Assembly (NCBI GenBank): GCA_049698415.1
Contig: JBAVXU010000275.1
Span: 1 to 37,371 of the forward strand
Length of the DNA: 37,371 nucleotides
Source: Mycobacteriales bacterium
Lineage (GTDB): Bacteria > Actinomycetota > Actinomycetes > Mycobacteriales > QHCA01
Reading direction: 5' to 3'
A model generated the notes under the pieces. The model made no database searches, was not told the origin of the DNA, and saw only the letters and a list, made by a program, of their open reading frames with translations. Each line of letters begins with the position of its first letter. Position 1 is the stretch's first letter. Below are positions 15,572-26,314 of this stretch, piece after piece. The position numbers and the translations under genes were made by a program.

Positions 15572-16780
15572 ATGCGGCGAGTCGTCATTACCGGGATCGG
15601 AGTCCTCAGCCCGCTCGGCTCTGACCTGGCCTCGACATGGAGCGGCCTGCTCGCCGGGCGCTCGGGAATCAGCGCCCTGCCCGTCCCGGCCGACTACCCG
15701 GTACGCATAGGGGGCGTCGTGCCCGACTTCGACCCCGCTGCCTCGCTGGGCGCCAAGGCGGCCCGCGGGCTCGACCGGTTCGCCGCCATGGCCGTCGTAG
15801 CTGCCCGCAACGCGGTCGGTCAGGCCGGACTCGGCGCCGGCGACAGCTCGGGCTGGGCAACGGTCGTCGGCTCCGGACTCGGCGGGCTGTCGACGTACGA
15901 GCGGGCGATGGATGCACTCGACACCGATGGGCGGGTCAGCCCGTACACCGCCACCGGGACGATCGCGAACGCCGCAGCGGCAGCGGTCGCCCGCGACCAG
16001 GGTGCACGCGGGCCGTCGTTCTGCCCGGTGTCGGCATGCGCCAGCGGCACCGATGCGATCGGCCTGGGCGCGGACCTGATCCGGCTGGGCCGCGCCGACG
16101 TCGTCCTCGCCGGCGGGGCGGATGCGCCGCTCAACCGCGGTCTGCTGGCTGGTCTCTCGGCGACCGGCGCCGCGTCGTCGCGGAACGACGATCCGCAGGG
16201 TGCGTGCCGGCCCTTTGCCGAGGACCGCGACGGCCTCGTGCCGGGGGAGGGCGCGGCCGTCCTCGTGCTGGAGGCCTACGACGACGCATTGTCCCGTGGC
16301 GCGACCCCGCTGGCAGAGGTGGCCGGCTATGCGGCGACCAACGATGCGTTCCACCTGGTCGCCCCGCGGCCCGATGGCGAGGCGGCTCGGACCGCGATGC
16401 GGCTGGCGATGCTGGACGCCGGCGTCGTGCCCGAGGAGGTCGGCTACGTCAACGCGCACGGGACCGCGACCCGGCGCGGTGACGAGGTGGAAGCAAGCGT
16501 CATCGCCTCGGCCGTCGGGCCGACGGCCCGGGTGTCGTCGACGAAGTCGATGACCGGACACCTGATGGGTGCGGCCGGGGCGGTCGAAGCGGCGATCTGC
16601 GTCCAGGTGCTGCAGACCGGGCAGTTGCCCGCCACCCGCAACCTCGAAAACGTCGACCCGGCCTGCGACAAGGTCGACCTGCTTCGCAAGGGCACCGTGC
16701 ACGCGGACGTCGACGTGGTGGTGTCGAACAGCTTCGGGTTCGGCGGGCACAACGCCGTGGTGGTTCTGCGCCGGATCTGA
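15572..16780 (+). CDS. Beta-ketoacyl-[ACP] synthase II-type condensing enzyme (KAS I/II family)
   Basis: MRRVVITGIGVLSPLG; active-site Cys in SACASG; His in NAHGTAT and in TGHLMGAAG; C-terminal NSFGFGGHN. Confidence 0.9.
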   Translation: MRRVVITGIGVLSPLGSDLASTWSGLLAGRSGISALPVPADYPVRIGGVVPDFDPAASLGAKAARGLDRFAAMAVVAARNAVGQAGLGAGDSSGWATVVGSGLGGLSTYERAMDALDTDGRVSPYTATGTIANAAAAAVARDQGARGPSFCPVSACASGTDAIGLGADLIRLGRADVVLAGGADAPLNRGLLAGLSATGAASSRNDDPQGACRPFAEDRDGLVPGEGAAVLVLEAYDDALSRGATPLAEVAGYAATNDAFHLVAPRPDGEAARTAMRLAMLDAGVVPEEVGYVNAHGTATRRGDEVEASVIASAVGPTARVSSTKSMTGHLMGAAGAVEAAICVQVLQTGQLPATRNLENVDPACDKVDLLRKGTVHADVDVVVSNSFGFGGHNAVVVLRRI

Positions 16781-16919
16781 CCGCACTGTCAAGGTCGCTG
16801 TCCCCATGTTTTTGTGTCCACAGCGGTGGCCTCGACCCTGTCGATTGATCCGCGCGTGCACCACGCTTCGCTGCCAGCGGGGCGATTCGCGTCGCCGCAG
16901 TCTTGTGCAGGAGGAGCCC

Positions 16920-17357
16920 ATGTTCGACACGTATCTCACGGTGGCCGGCAATGTCGTCGACACCCCCAAGCGCCGGATGCTCGACAACGGGTCCAGCGTC
17001 ACGACGTTCCGGCTGGCATCGACATCGCGGCGGTTCGAGAGCGACAAGAGCGCGTGGGCCGACCGCGACACGCTCTACGTCCGGGTCACCTGCTGGCGGC
17101 AGGTCGGTGACAACGTGGCTCGGTCCTTAGTCAAGGGCGATCCTGTCGTCGTGCACGGCCGCTATTTCTGCCGGCAGTACGAAGTCGAGGAGCAGAAGCG
17201 CACGGCTTATGAGCTCGAGGCCTACTCGATCGGTCATGACCTCGCCCGGGGCACGACCACTTTCCATCCCAGCCGCCAGGCCGAGTCGCCGCCGCCCTTC
17301 GAGGTCGACGAGCCCGAGCCGTTCGCCGTCGAGGAGGAGGGGGTCCCGGTCGGCTGA
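16920..17357 (+). CDS. Single-stranded DNA-binding protein paralogue (OB fold, non-canonical C-terminus)
   Basis: GGAGGAG lies 5 nt before ATG 16920. MFDTYLTVAGNVVDTPKRR..TTFRLAST.RR......W.D.DTLYVRVTCWRQ.G.NVA.SL.KGD.VVV.GR is the SSB OB-fold pattern. The tail ends ..EPFAVEEEGVPVG rather than D-D-D-I-P-F. Confidence 0.85.
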   Translation: MFDTYLTVAGNVVDTPKRRMLDNGSSVTTFRLASTSRRFESDKSAWADRDTLYVRVTCWRQVGDNVARSLVKGDPVVVHGRYFCRQYEVEEQKRTAYELEAYSIGHDLARGTTTFHPSRQAESPPPFEVDEPEPFAVEEEGVPVG

Positions 17358-17456
17358 CCGGGCGTCCGAGGCGCCGGGGTCGGCACGGGTTCGGAGTTCA
17401 CGCGCGCGGCTGGGACACTGGTGGTGACATCCGACCAGACGAGGGATTTCCCACCA

Positions 17457-19139
<1,683 letters not shown>

Positions 19140-19176
19140 CCGAGTGAGCAGCGGGAGTCGTCAGCCAGCAATGTCG

Positions 19177-19209
19177 GTCGTGGCTGTCGTGGCTGTCGTG
19201 GCTGTCGTG
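19177..19209. repeat. Tandem 9-bp repeat (GTCGTGGCT) x3, plus a partial fourth copy GTCGTG
   Basis: Direct reading of 19171-19210: atgtcg gtcgtggct gtcgtggct gtcgtggct gtcgtg acg. It lies in the 75-bp gap between ettA and the next gene. Confidence 0.9.
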
Positions 19210-19214
19210 ACGAT

Positions 19215-19856
19215 GTGCCGTCGGTGACGGCCGTCCTCGACCTCGACTCGGCCGCCGATGTGGCCGACGCCGGCGCCTTCCTCAGCCGGGTGGTCCGGCT
19301 GGACCCGGCGGCCCTCGTCCGGCTGCGGCAGGCAGCGGTGGCGGTGCAGTTGTGGTCCGCACTGCCTCTCGACGTGCTCGTGACGCGGCATGTCGCGGGT
19401 CGGATGCAGTCCGCCGACGTCACGGTGGCGGCGGCGGACCTGCTGGCCTCCCTCGACTCGCAGTCCCAGTCCGTCGTCCTGCCGCCGGCCCGCGACAGCC
19501 TGTGGCGCGGCGCCCTGCCGGGCACCAGCGGCTGGCACCGCCTTGACTCCGTGCCGGCGGCCGAGGTGCTCGCTCTGGTCGAGGCCGGCGCGGAAGCGTT
19601 CCGTGCCGCGGCCGTCGCCGACGACCCCGGGCGGGTGGGGGAGGCGTTGCTCGATCACGAGTCGCTGGTCGTCTCCAACCCGCAGACCTCGGTCGCGGTG
19701 CCGATGCGGGTGCTGCAGGCACTGGCCCGGATGGGGTTCGTGCCCGCCGGCGGGCAGGTCGCCTTCGCCGTCAACGACGCCTGGCTGCGCTGTGACGCGG
19801 CGTACGGATCGGCCTACCGCCGCCGGGGCGACGGTTTGTCGTTGTTCACGCTCTGA
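19215..19856 (+). CDS. Conserved actinobacterial hypothetical protein, Ala/Val/Leu-rich, no recognisable motif
   Basis: The 213-codon ORF has high GC3 and a protein-like composition. The competing minus-strand ORF 19161..20213 is Ser/Thr/Pro/Arg-rich and looks spurious. GTG 19215 is the first start in frame after the ettA stop; GTG 19224 is the alternative. Confidence 0.65.
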   Translation: MPSVTAVLDLDSAADVADAGAFLSRVVRLDPAALVRLRQAAVAVQLWSALPLDVLVTRHVAGRMQSADVTVAAADLLASLDSQSQSVVLPPARDSLWRGALPGTSGWHRLDSVPAAEVLALVEAGAEAFRAAAVADDPGRVGEALLDHESLVVSNPQTSVAVPMRVLQALARMGFVPAGGQVAFAVNDAWLRCDAAYGSAYRRRGDGLSLFTL

Positions 19857-19881
19857 CCCGCAGGTGTGCCACCCTGTCGCG

Positions 19882-20616
19882 ATGGCCTCCTTGGAACGCT
19901 TTTCCGTCGTCGTCGCCGGTGGGGCAGGTGCCGTCGGTGAGGGCATCGTGGCCGCCCTGCTCGATGCCGGCGCGACCGTGGCGGTTCCGTCACGCGACGA
20001 GAGCAAACTCGACGCCTTGCGTGAGCGGGTCGGCGGTGCCGACCGGCTGCTCGGCGTAGTGGGCGATGCCGCCGACCCGGTCGATGCCGACCGGGTACGC
20101 GACGACATCGTCGCGGCGATCGGGCCGCCGGACGCGGTCATCGTCTCGGTCGGCGGCTGGTCCAGCGGACCCAAGCTGGCCGACATCCCGCTGCCGGACT
20201 GGGACACGATCATGGCGCGAAACCTGCGTACCCATCAGGTGATCGCGTCGACCTACCTCCCGTTGCTCCGGGGCCGTTCGGGCGCGGCCTATGCCGTCAT
20301 CATCGGCGACACCGCCCAGAAACCGACCGCCGGCGCCGGCCCGGTCTCGGTCACCGCTGCCGCGGAGTTGATGGCTGCGCGCGTGCTCGGCCTGGAGGAG
20401 AGCGAGGCCGGTGTCCAGGTGATCGCGCTCGTCCTCGCCCCCGTCATCACCCGCAACCGCCCGAAGGGGCCGCCCGGCTGGCTGACGGCCAGGGAGGTCG
20501 GTGAGGCGCTCGCCTCTCTGCTGGTCGCGCGGGTGGCTCAGCCGACCGCCGGCGACACCTCCATCGTCGACTTGCCGGCTCGCCCCTCGGCTAACCCGGA
20601 CGGTTCTGCAGGCTGA
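19882..20616 (+). CDS. SDR-fold (Rossmann) protein, atypical because it has no YxxxK catalytic motif
   Basis: [33 protein letters not shown] is a GxxGxxG dinucleotide fold. The length (244 aa) and layout fit a short-chain dehydrogenase, but no Y-x-x-x-K is present anywhere in the protein. Confidence 0.8.
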   Translation: MASLERFSVVVAGGAGAVGEGIVAALLDAGATVAVPSRDESKLDALRERVGGADRLLGVVGDAADPVDADRVRDDIVAAIGPPDAVIVSVGGWSSGPKLADIPLPDWDTIMARNLRTHQVIASTYLPLLRGRSGAAYAVIIGDTAQKPTAGAGPVSVTAAAELMAARVLGLEESEAGVQVIALVLAPVITRNRPKGPPGWLTAREVGEALASLLVARVAQPTAGDTSIVDLPARPSANPDGSAG

Positions 20617-20980
20617 AGGCCGCCGTCTCCAAGTAGTTCCACAACTCCGACGCGTACGGCTCGGGCAGGTCGAGCGAGTCGACCGCGGATCGCATGTGCG
20701 ACAGCCAGGCGTCGCGCTCGCGCGGCCCGACGGCGAACGGGACGTGGCGCATCCGCAGCCGTGGGTGCCCCCGCTGCTCGGAGTACGTCCGCGGGCCGCC
20801 CCAGTACTGCATCAGGAACATCGTCAGCCGTTCCTGCGCCAGTGACAGGTCCTCGTCGGGATACAGCGGGCGCAGCACCGGGTCGTCCGCGACGCCGGCG
20901 TAGAACCGCGACACCAGCCGACGGAAGGTCTCCTCGCCGCCGACCGCGGCGAAGAAGGTCGGCTCCGGTTGCTCGGTCAC
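20591..20980 (-). CDS. glbO: Group II truncated haemoglobin (GlbO-type globin)
   Basis: [69 protein letters not shown] is near-identical in pattern to mycobacterial GlbO. Confidence 0.93.
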   Translation of the reverse strand: MTEQPEPTFFAAVGGEETFRRLVSRFYAGVADDPVLRPLYPDEDLSLAQERLTMFLMQYWGGPRTYSEQRGHPRLRMRHVPFAVGPRERDAWLSHMRSAVDSLDLPEPYASELWNYLETAAFSLQNRPG

Positions 20981-21023
20981 GACCCCATCCTCGCATCTCC
21001 CGGGCAGCCGGGCCGGGGGCCGA

Positions 21024-22094
21024 TCAGCCTGCCGGGTCGGTCGGTGGCTGCGGAGTCGGGGTGCCCGGCGCCATCAGCATCGTCCCCGGCGGACGGGGCA
21101 ATTCGATCCCCTCGGCGTCGAAACGGTCCTTGATCCGGGCGCGCAACTCCCGGGCGACCGGCGCCTGCTCCTCGGGCTTGGTCTTCATCGTCAGTCGTAC
21201 GGTGAGCCCGTCGCGGTTCAGCGCCTCGACCCCGGTCACCGTCGGCTCCTCGACCACGACGTCGGCGAACCGCTCGTCGTGAAAGACCTCGTCGGCGACC
21301 TCCTGCAGGACGGCGGTGGCCCGGCGCAGGTCCTGGGTGTAGCTCAGTGGGACATCGAGCACCACCCGCGACCAGCCCTGGCTCATGTTGCCGACCCGCA
21401 GGATCTCGCCGTTGCGTACGTACCAGACCGTGCCCTCCAAACCGCGCAGCCGCGTGGTCCGCAGCCCGACCGCCTCGACCGTTCCCGTGGCCTCGCCGAC
21501 GTCGATCGAGTCGCCGACGCCGTACTGGTCCTCGAGGATCATGAACATGCCGGACAGCACGTCCTTGACGAGGTTCTGGGCACCGAATCCCAGTGCCACA
21601 CCGACGATTCCGGCACTGGCGATGAGTGGGGCGAGGTTGAGCCCGAGCTCGCCGAGGACCATCAGCAGGGCGACGGTGAGGATCGTCGCCGAGGCCGTGC
21701 TGCGCAGCACCGAGCCGATCGTCTGGGCTCGCTGCTCACGGCGTTCGGAGAGCAACGGCCCGATCTCGAGACGCTCGCCCGCGCGATCACGCAGCGGCCG
21801 CAGCACCGCCGGCAGCTTGTTGTCCGAGGTGGACGTGACGAGCCGGGCGATCGCGCGGTGGGCGACGAGCCGGACAACGATGGCGATGGCCAGGATGAGC
21901 AGGATCGTCAGCGGCTTGGCGATCAGCCAATCGGCGCTGTCCGCCAGCCATGCCTGGCCCGTCACGCGGTAGACGAACGCGCACAGCGTCCCCGCCTCGT
22001 CGGCGCAGGTGGGCCGGCCTGCGAACAGGGTGTTCACGCTCGGCATGGGGGCCATGGCCGCGAGGTCGTTGATCACGTCTCCTTGGTAGCGCAT
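21024..22094 (-). CDS. Mechanosensitive ion channel family protein (MscS-like)
   Basis: TM helices are followed by [35 protein letters not shown].....TGTVE.VGLR.T.LR...G.V..V.NG. The start could instead be the internal ATG 22055. Confidence 0.9.
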   Translation of the reverse strand: MRYQGDVINDLAAMAPMPSVNTLFAGRPTCADEAGTLCAFVYRVTGQAWLADSADWLIAKPLTILLILAIAIVVRLVAHRAIARLVTSTSDNKLPAVLRPLRDRAGERLEIGPLLSERREQRAQTIGSVLRSTASATILTVALLMVLGELGLNLAPLIASAGIVGVALGFGAQNLVKDVLSGMFMILEDQYGVGDSIDVGEATGTVEAVGLRTTRLRGLEGTVWYVRNGEILRVGNMSQGWSRVVLDVPLSYTQDLRRATAVLQEVADEVFHDERFADVVVEEPTVTGVEALNRDGLTVRLTMKTKPEEQAPVARELRARIKDRFDAEGIELPRPPGTMLMAPGTPTPQPPTDPAG

Positions 22095-22170
22095 CGGGGT
22101 GGTTTCGGTGCGACAGGCGTGCCAAATCGCGATCCTTCGGCAAGACTATGGCCAGTCGGAGGTGAGACAG

Positions 22171-22689
22171 GTGGCCCGGTCGGTCGTGGCGCTCGTCCTC
22201 AATGCGACGTACGAGCCCCTGTGCGTCGTGCCGGTGCGCCGTGCCGTGGTCCTCGTCCTCAGTGCCAAGGCGGTGGCGGTCGAGGTCGGTGACGGCGACA
22301 TGCACAGCGCGACCCGCACGGTGCACATCCCGGCCGTCGTCCGGCTGACCCACTTCGTACGCGTGCCGTACCGCGCCCAGGTGCCGCTGACCCGCAAGGC
22401 GGTCTTCGCCCGCGACGCCGGCCGGTGTGTCTATTGCGGAGCGACCGCCAGCAGCATCGACCACGTCGTCCCGCGCAGCCGGGGTGGCACGCACACCTGG
22501 GACAACGTCGTGGCCTGCTGCGGTCGCTGCAACCACGCCAAGGCCGACCGGTCCGTGGCCGAGTTGGGCTGGCGACTCGGCGCCCTGCCGCACGTTCCCA
22601 AAGGCATGGCCTGGCGGGTCCTCGGCCATCGCAGCATCGATCCGCGCTGGGTGCCCTATCTCGCCGACGCCGAGTCCGCCACCGCCTGA
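22171..22689 (+). CDS. Small stand-alone HNH endonuclease (Rv2469c-like)
   Basis: GGAGGTG lies 8 nt before GTG 22171. ALVLNATYEPLCVV; the HNH/zinc motif is CVYCG....IDHVVPRSRGG.HTWDNVVACCGRCNHAKADR. Confidence 0.88.
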   Translation: MARSVVALVLNATYEPLCVVPVRRAVVLVLSAKAVAVEVGDGDMHSATRTVHIPAVVRLTHFVRVPYRAQVPLTRKAVFARDAGRCVYCGATASSIDHVVPRSRGGTHTWDNVVACCGRCNHAKADRSVAELGWRLGALPHVPKGMAWRVLGHRSIDPRWVPYLADAESATA

Positions 22690-22726
22690 GACATGGCGTT
22701 CCAGCTGCTCAGTTAGCCTGCAACGC

Positions 22727-24145
22727 ATGTCCGAACTGCATGATCTGTCCGCGCTGGAGCAGGCCGCGGCCATCCGGCAGGGCGAGATCAGTCCGGTCGA
22801 GTTGGTGCGGCACTACCTCGAGCGGATCGATCGGCTCTCGGACACCGTCGGCGCCTTCGTCACCGTGACCGGTGAGACCGCACTCGAGCAGGCGAAGGCG
22901 GCCGAGCATGCGGTGGCCGGCGCCGAGCATCTGCCGCCGCTGCATGGGGTGCCGGTCGCGGTGAAGGACCTCAACCTCACGGCGGGCGTACGAACGACGC
23001 TGGGCTCGGTCTGCTACGCCGACTTCGTGCCGCCGATCGACGACAACGTCGTCACGTTGCTGCGGGCGGCGGGCACGATCAGCCTGGGCAAGACGAACAC
23101 CCCGGAGTTCGGGCTGCCCTGCTACACCGAGCCGGAGGTGGCGCCGCTGGCGCGTACGCCCTGGGACCTCGACCGTTCGGCGGGCGGCTCCAGCGGCGGG
23201 GCGGCCGCGGCGGTGGCCGCCGGGCTGACGCCGTTCGCGCAGGGCAGCGACGGCGGTGGGTCGATCCGGATCCCGTCGAGCGTGTGCGGCCTGTTCGGGG
23301 TCAAGGTCACTCGCGGCCGGGTGAGCAACGGGCCGGTCAACGGCGAGATCGCCGGCCTCGGATGGAGCGGGCCGATCGCGCGCAGCGTGGCCGATGCCGC
23401 GGCGTTGCTCGACGCGCTGGCGGTGCCCGCGGTCGGCGATCCCTACTGGGCACCACCGCTACCGGCGGGGGAGTCCTTCCTGGCCGCGGCCGAGCGCGCC
23501 CCGGGGAAGCTGCGGATCGGGAGGTACACCCAGTCGGTGGTCGCCGGTGCCGAGGTGCATCCGGACTGCCTGGCCGCCTGGGAGTCGGCCTCCGCGCTGC
23601 TCGCAGAGCTCGGCCACGACGTCGAGGACATCACGTTGCCGGTGGGCGGGGAGTTGCGGCCGTCTTTCGAGGTCGTGTGGTCGGTGTCGGCGGCTGGAGT
23701 GCCGGTCGATCCGGACCGCGAGGCCGAGCTGCGGCCACTGACCCGCTGGCTCCGGGAACGCGGTCGCGGCTGCTCGGCGACCGAATACACCGCGGCGCTG
23801 AGCGCGCTGCAGTTGGCGGCTCGCAAGATCATCGGTGAGAGCGCGGCCTACGACGCCGTCCTGACTCCGACCCTGGCCCAACCACCCGCCCTGGTCGGTG
23901 CCTTGCGGGACGACTCCGACCCGGCAGCCGACTTCGAGGCGCAGACGCGCTACACCCCCTACACCGCCGTCTACAACATGACCGGCCAGCCCGCCGTCAG
24001 CGTGCCGCTGTTCTGGACGCAGGGCGGCCTGCCGATCGGCGTGATGCTGGTGGGCCGGCCGGCCGACGAGGTGACCCTGCTGTCGTTGTCCGCGCAGCTG
24101 GAGTCGGCCCGTCCCTGGCAGCACCGGCATCCGGAGATGTGGTGA
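22727..24145 (+). CDS. Amidase (amidase-signature family)
   Basis: MSELHDLSALEQAAAIRQGEISPVELV..; LHGVPVAVKD; GGSSGGAAAAVAAG...QGSDGGGSIRIPSS (the Ser-cisSer-Lys signature). Confidence 0.92.
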   Translation: MSELHDLSALEQAAAIRQGEISPVELVRHYLERIDRLSDTVGAFVTVTGETALEQAKAAEHAVAGAEHLPPLHGVPVAVKDLNLTAGVRTTLGSVCYADFVPPIDDNVVTLLRAAGTISLGKTNTPEFGLPCYTEPEVAPLARTPWDLDRSAGGSSGGAAAAVAAGLTPFAQGSDGGGSIRIPSSVCGLFGVKVTRGRVSNGPVNGEIAGLGWSGPIARSVADAAALLDALAVPAVGDPYWAPPLPAGESFLAAAERAPGKLRIGRYTQSVVAGAEVHPDCLAAWESASALLAELGHDVEDITLPVGGELRPSFEVVWSVSAAGVPVDPDREAELRPLTRWLRERGRGCSATEYTAALSALQLAARKIIGESAAYDAVLTPTLAQPPALVGALRDDSDPAADFEAQTRYTPYTAVYNMTGQPAVSVPLFWTQGGLPIGVMLVGRPADEVTLLSLSAQLESARPWQHRHPEMW

Positions 24146-26016
24146 GCGACCGCGCGGATCCGCTACTCGTCGAGTTGGCCAGCGCATACGGCGTCGCATG
24201 CTCCTATCAGGACTCCTTGGACCGGACGGCGCACGTCGACGGACAGACCGTCGTCGCCGTGCTCCGCGCCCTGGGTGTCGAGGCGGGCTCGCCCGCCGCG
24301 GTGACGGCTGCACTCGACCAGGTGCGCCACCGGACGGATCGGACGTCGACGCACGTTGCCCGGATTCCACCGCCGCAGCGCCGCAGTTGGGGCTGGATGG
24401 TCCAGCTGTACAACGTGCGCAGCGCCGGCTCGTGGGGGATCGGCGACTACCACGATCTGGCCGACATCGTCCGCTGGTCGGGCTCGGCCGCCGGTGGCGG
24501 TGCCGGGCTGGTGCTGTGCAATCCGCTGCACGCGATGACGCCCACCCTGCCGCTGGAGAACTCCCCGTACTTTCCCTCCAGCCGCCGTTTCCGCTCCCCG
24601 CTGTACCTCCGGATCGCCGACCTTGCGGAGTACGCCCGCTGTGACGCGGCGACCCGATCCCGGGTCGAGGCACTCAGGCCGCCCGCGCCCGACCTGATCG
24701 ACCGTGACGCCGTGTGGACGGCGAAGCTGGCGGCGCTGGAGCTGCTCTGGCCGTACGCCGACCATCGTGAACTCGAGGAGTTTCGCACCGATCAGGGCGC
24801 GGGGCTCGACGACTTTGCCGTGTTCTGCGTGCTGGCCGAGGAGCACGGCCCCGACTGGCGCACCTGGCCGCCGCCGTTTCGTGACCCGACCGGACCGGAG
24901 GTCGAGCGAATCCGGCAGGCCCGCTCCGACCGGATCTCGTTCCACACCTGGCTGCAACTGCTGTGCGACGCCCAACTCGCCACCGCGTCGGCTGCCGCCG
25001 CCGAGGCCGGCATGCCGGTCGGCATCGTGCACGACCTGGCGGTCGGGGTGGATCCGGGCGGGGCCGATGCGTGGGCGTTGCAGGATGTCCTGGTGCCGTC
25101 CGCGACGGTGGGCTGCCCGGCGGACCTTTTCAACCAACTCGGCCAGGACTGGCAGCTGCCACCGTGGCACCCGGCCCGGCTCGCGGCGGTTGACTACCAG
25201 CCCTTCCGCGAGATGGTGCGCTCGGTCCTGCGGCACGCGGGGGGCATCCGTATCGACCATGTGATGGGCCTGTTCCGGTTGTGGTGGATTCCCGAGGGGC
25301 AACCGGCCACCCGAGGGGCGTACGTGAGCTACGACTGGCAGGCGTTGGCACGCGTCCTGGCCGAGGAAGCCGCTCGTACCGGTGCCGTGGTGATCGGCGA
25401 GGACCTGGGCACGGTCGAGCCGCGCGTCGTCGAGGCCTTGTCCGCGGCCGGAATCCTGGGCTGTGACGTGGCGTGGTTCAAGCGCGAGGGTGGTGGCGGA
25501 GCCTTCCTGCCGCCGCAGCGGTGGCGCACGGATGCGATCGCGTCGGTGACCACCCACGACCTGCCCACCGTGGCCGGATGGTTCACCGGCGATGCCGTCC
25601 GGGTGCGGGCCGAGCTGGGTCAGCTCGACGTCCCGGTGGAGCAGGAACGCGCCCGCGCGGCTGCGGATCGGACCCGGCTGATCGACATGCTCGTCGAACA
25701 GTCATTGCTGTCCGGCGACCCGAGCGATCTCGGCGACGTCACCCTCGCGTTGCACCGGTTGCTCGTCGCGGCGCCATCGGTCCTGGTGGTGGCGGCGCTC
25801 GGTGACGCGGTCGCCGATATGCGCCAACCCAACCTGCCCGGCACCCGCGACGAGTACCCCAACTGGCGCCTCCCACTGGCAGACGACGGCGGCAATGTCG
25901 TCACGCTCGAGGAATTCCGGCGGGATCCTCGGGTGGGCAGGCTGATCGACGTGCTGCGTGGGGTCGGTGCCCCTGCAGCCGCCAGCGGCACCGCGTCGGA
26001 TACCGTGACCGCGTGA
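24139..26016 (+). CDS. malQ: 4-alpha-glucanotransferase (amylomaltase, GH77)
   Basis: SWGIGDY.DL...V.W; NPLHA; SPY.P.SRRF..PLYL; IDHVMGL.RLWWIP; VIGEDLGTV; HDLPT..GW. The GTG start overlaps the amidase stop by 7 nt. Confidence 0.93.
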   Translation: MVSDRADPLLVELASAYGVACSYQDSLDRTAHVDGQTVVAVLRALGVEAGSPAAVTAALDQVRHRTDRTSTHVARIPPPQRRSWGWMVQLYNVRSAGSWGIGDYHDLADIVRWSGSAAGGGAGLVLCNPLHAMTPTLPLENSPYFPSSRRFRSPLYLRIADLAEYARCDAATRSRVEALRPPAPDLIDRDAVWTAKLAALELLWPYADHRELEEFRTDQGAGLDDFAVFCVLAEEHGPDWRTWPPPFRDPTGPEVERIRQARSDRISFHTWLQLLCDAQLATASAAAAEAGMPVGIVHDLAVGVDPGGADAWALQDVLVPSATVGCPADLFNQLGQDWQLPPWHPARLAAVDYQPFREMVRSVLRHAGGIRIDHVMGLFRLWWIPEGQPATRGAYVSYDWQALARVLAEEAARTGAVVIGEDLGTVEPRVVEALSAAGILGCDVAWFKREGGGGAFLPPQRWRTDAIASVTTHDLPTVAGWFTGDAVRVRAELGQLDVPVEQERARAAADRTRLIDMLVEQSLLSGDPSDLGDVTLALHRLLVAAPSVLVVAALGDAVADMRQPNLPGTRDEYPNWRLPLADDGGNVVTLEEFRRDPRVGRLIDVLRGVGAPAAASGTASDTVTA

Positions 26017-26044
26017 TCCACTCTCATCTCGGCAGGGATTCGCT

Positions 26045-26314
26045 GTGACCATCGGAGAGACGCTTTCGGTGTTCGCCGGCATCCCGATCCTGGTGATCTT
26101 CGTCGTCGCCAGCGCGGTCTACGCGGCCAATGCGCGCACCGCACCGCGCTACCGCCCCGGTCGTCCGTTCACGTTCACCCCGGTCTGGTATCTCGCCGAA
26201 GCCTCTCCCGACGAGGCCGCCCATCATGAGGCTCCCAAGGCGATCACCGCCGCGCCGGGCGCGGGCACTCCGGTTGTCCAGCTCGATCCCGGGGGTGCTC
26301 GTGGCACCTGGTAA
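26045..26314 (+). CDS. Small conserved actinobacterial membrane protein. From memory it may correspond to the cytochrome aa3 supercomplex subunit named CtaJ in mycobacteria; this is unverified.
   Basis: One N-terminal TM helix (LSVFAGIPILVIFVVASAVYAA) is followed by the motif PRYRPGRPFTFTPVWYLA. It sits directly upstream of, and overlapping, a DUF5130-type gene next to pepN, as in other actinobacteria. Confidence 0.7.
   Translation: MTIGETLSVFAGIPILVIFVVASAVYAANARTAPRYRPGRPFTFTPVWYLAEASPDEAAHHEAPKAITAAPGAGTPVVQLDPGGARGTW

Noticed and set aside
15527-17071. Long ORFs lying antisense to, or out of frame with, recognisable genes. Examples are 15527..17071(-), 17127..18839(-), 420..1379(-), 4351..5601(-), 5717..6955(+), 7333..8490(+), 24163..25557(-), 29435..31192(+), 30324..31682(-) and 19161..20213(-).
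   Set aside because: Their translations are Arg/Pro/Gly/Ala-rich low-complexity sequence with no motifs. Each overlaps a gene with clear family signatures, and stop-free alternative frames are expected at this GC content.
19177-19209. The short tandem repeat as a CRISPR array or part of one
   Set aside because: The units are 9 bp and directly abutting with no spacers. There are fewer than four copies and no cas genes. This is a simple tandem repeat.
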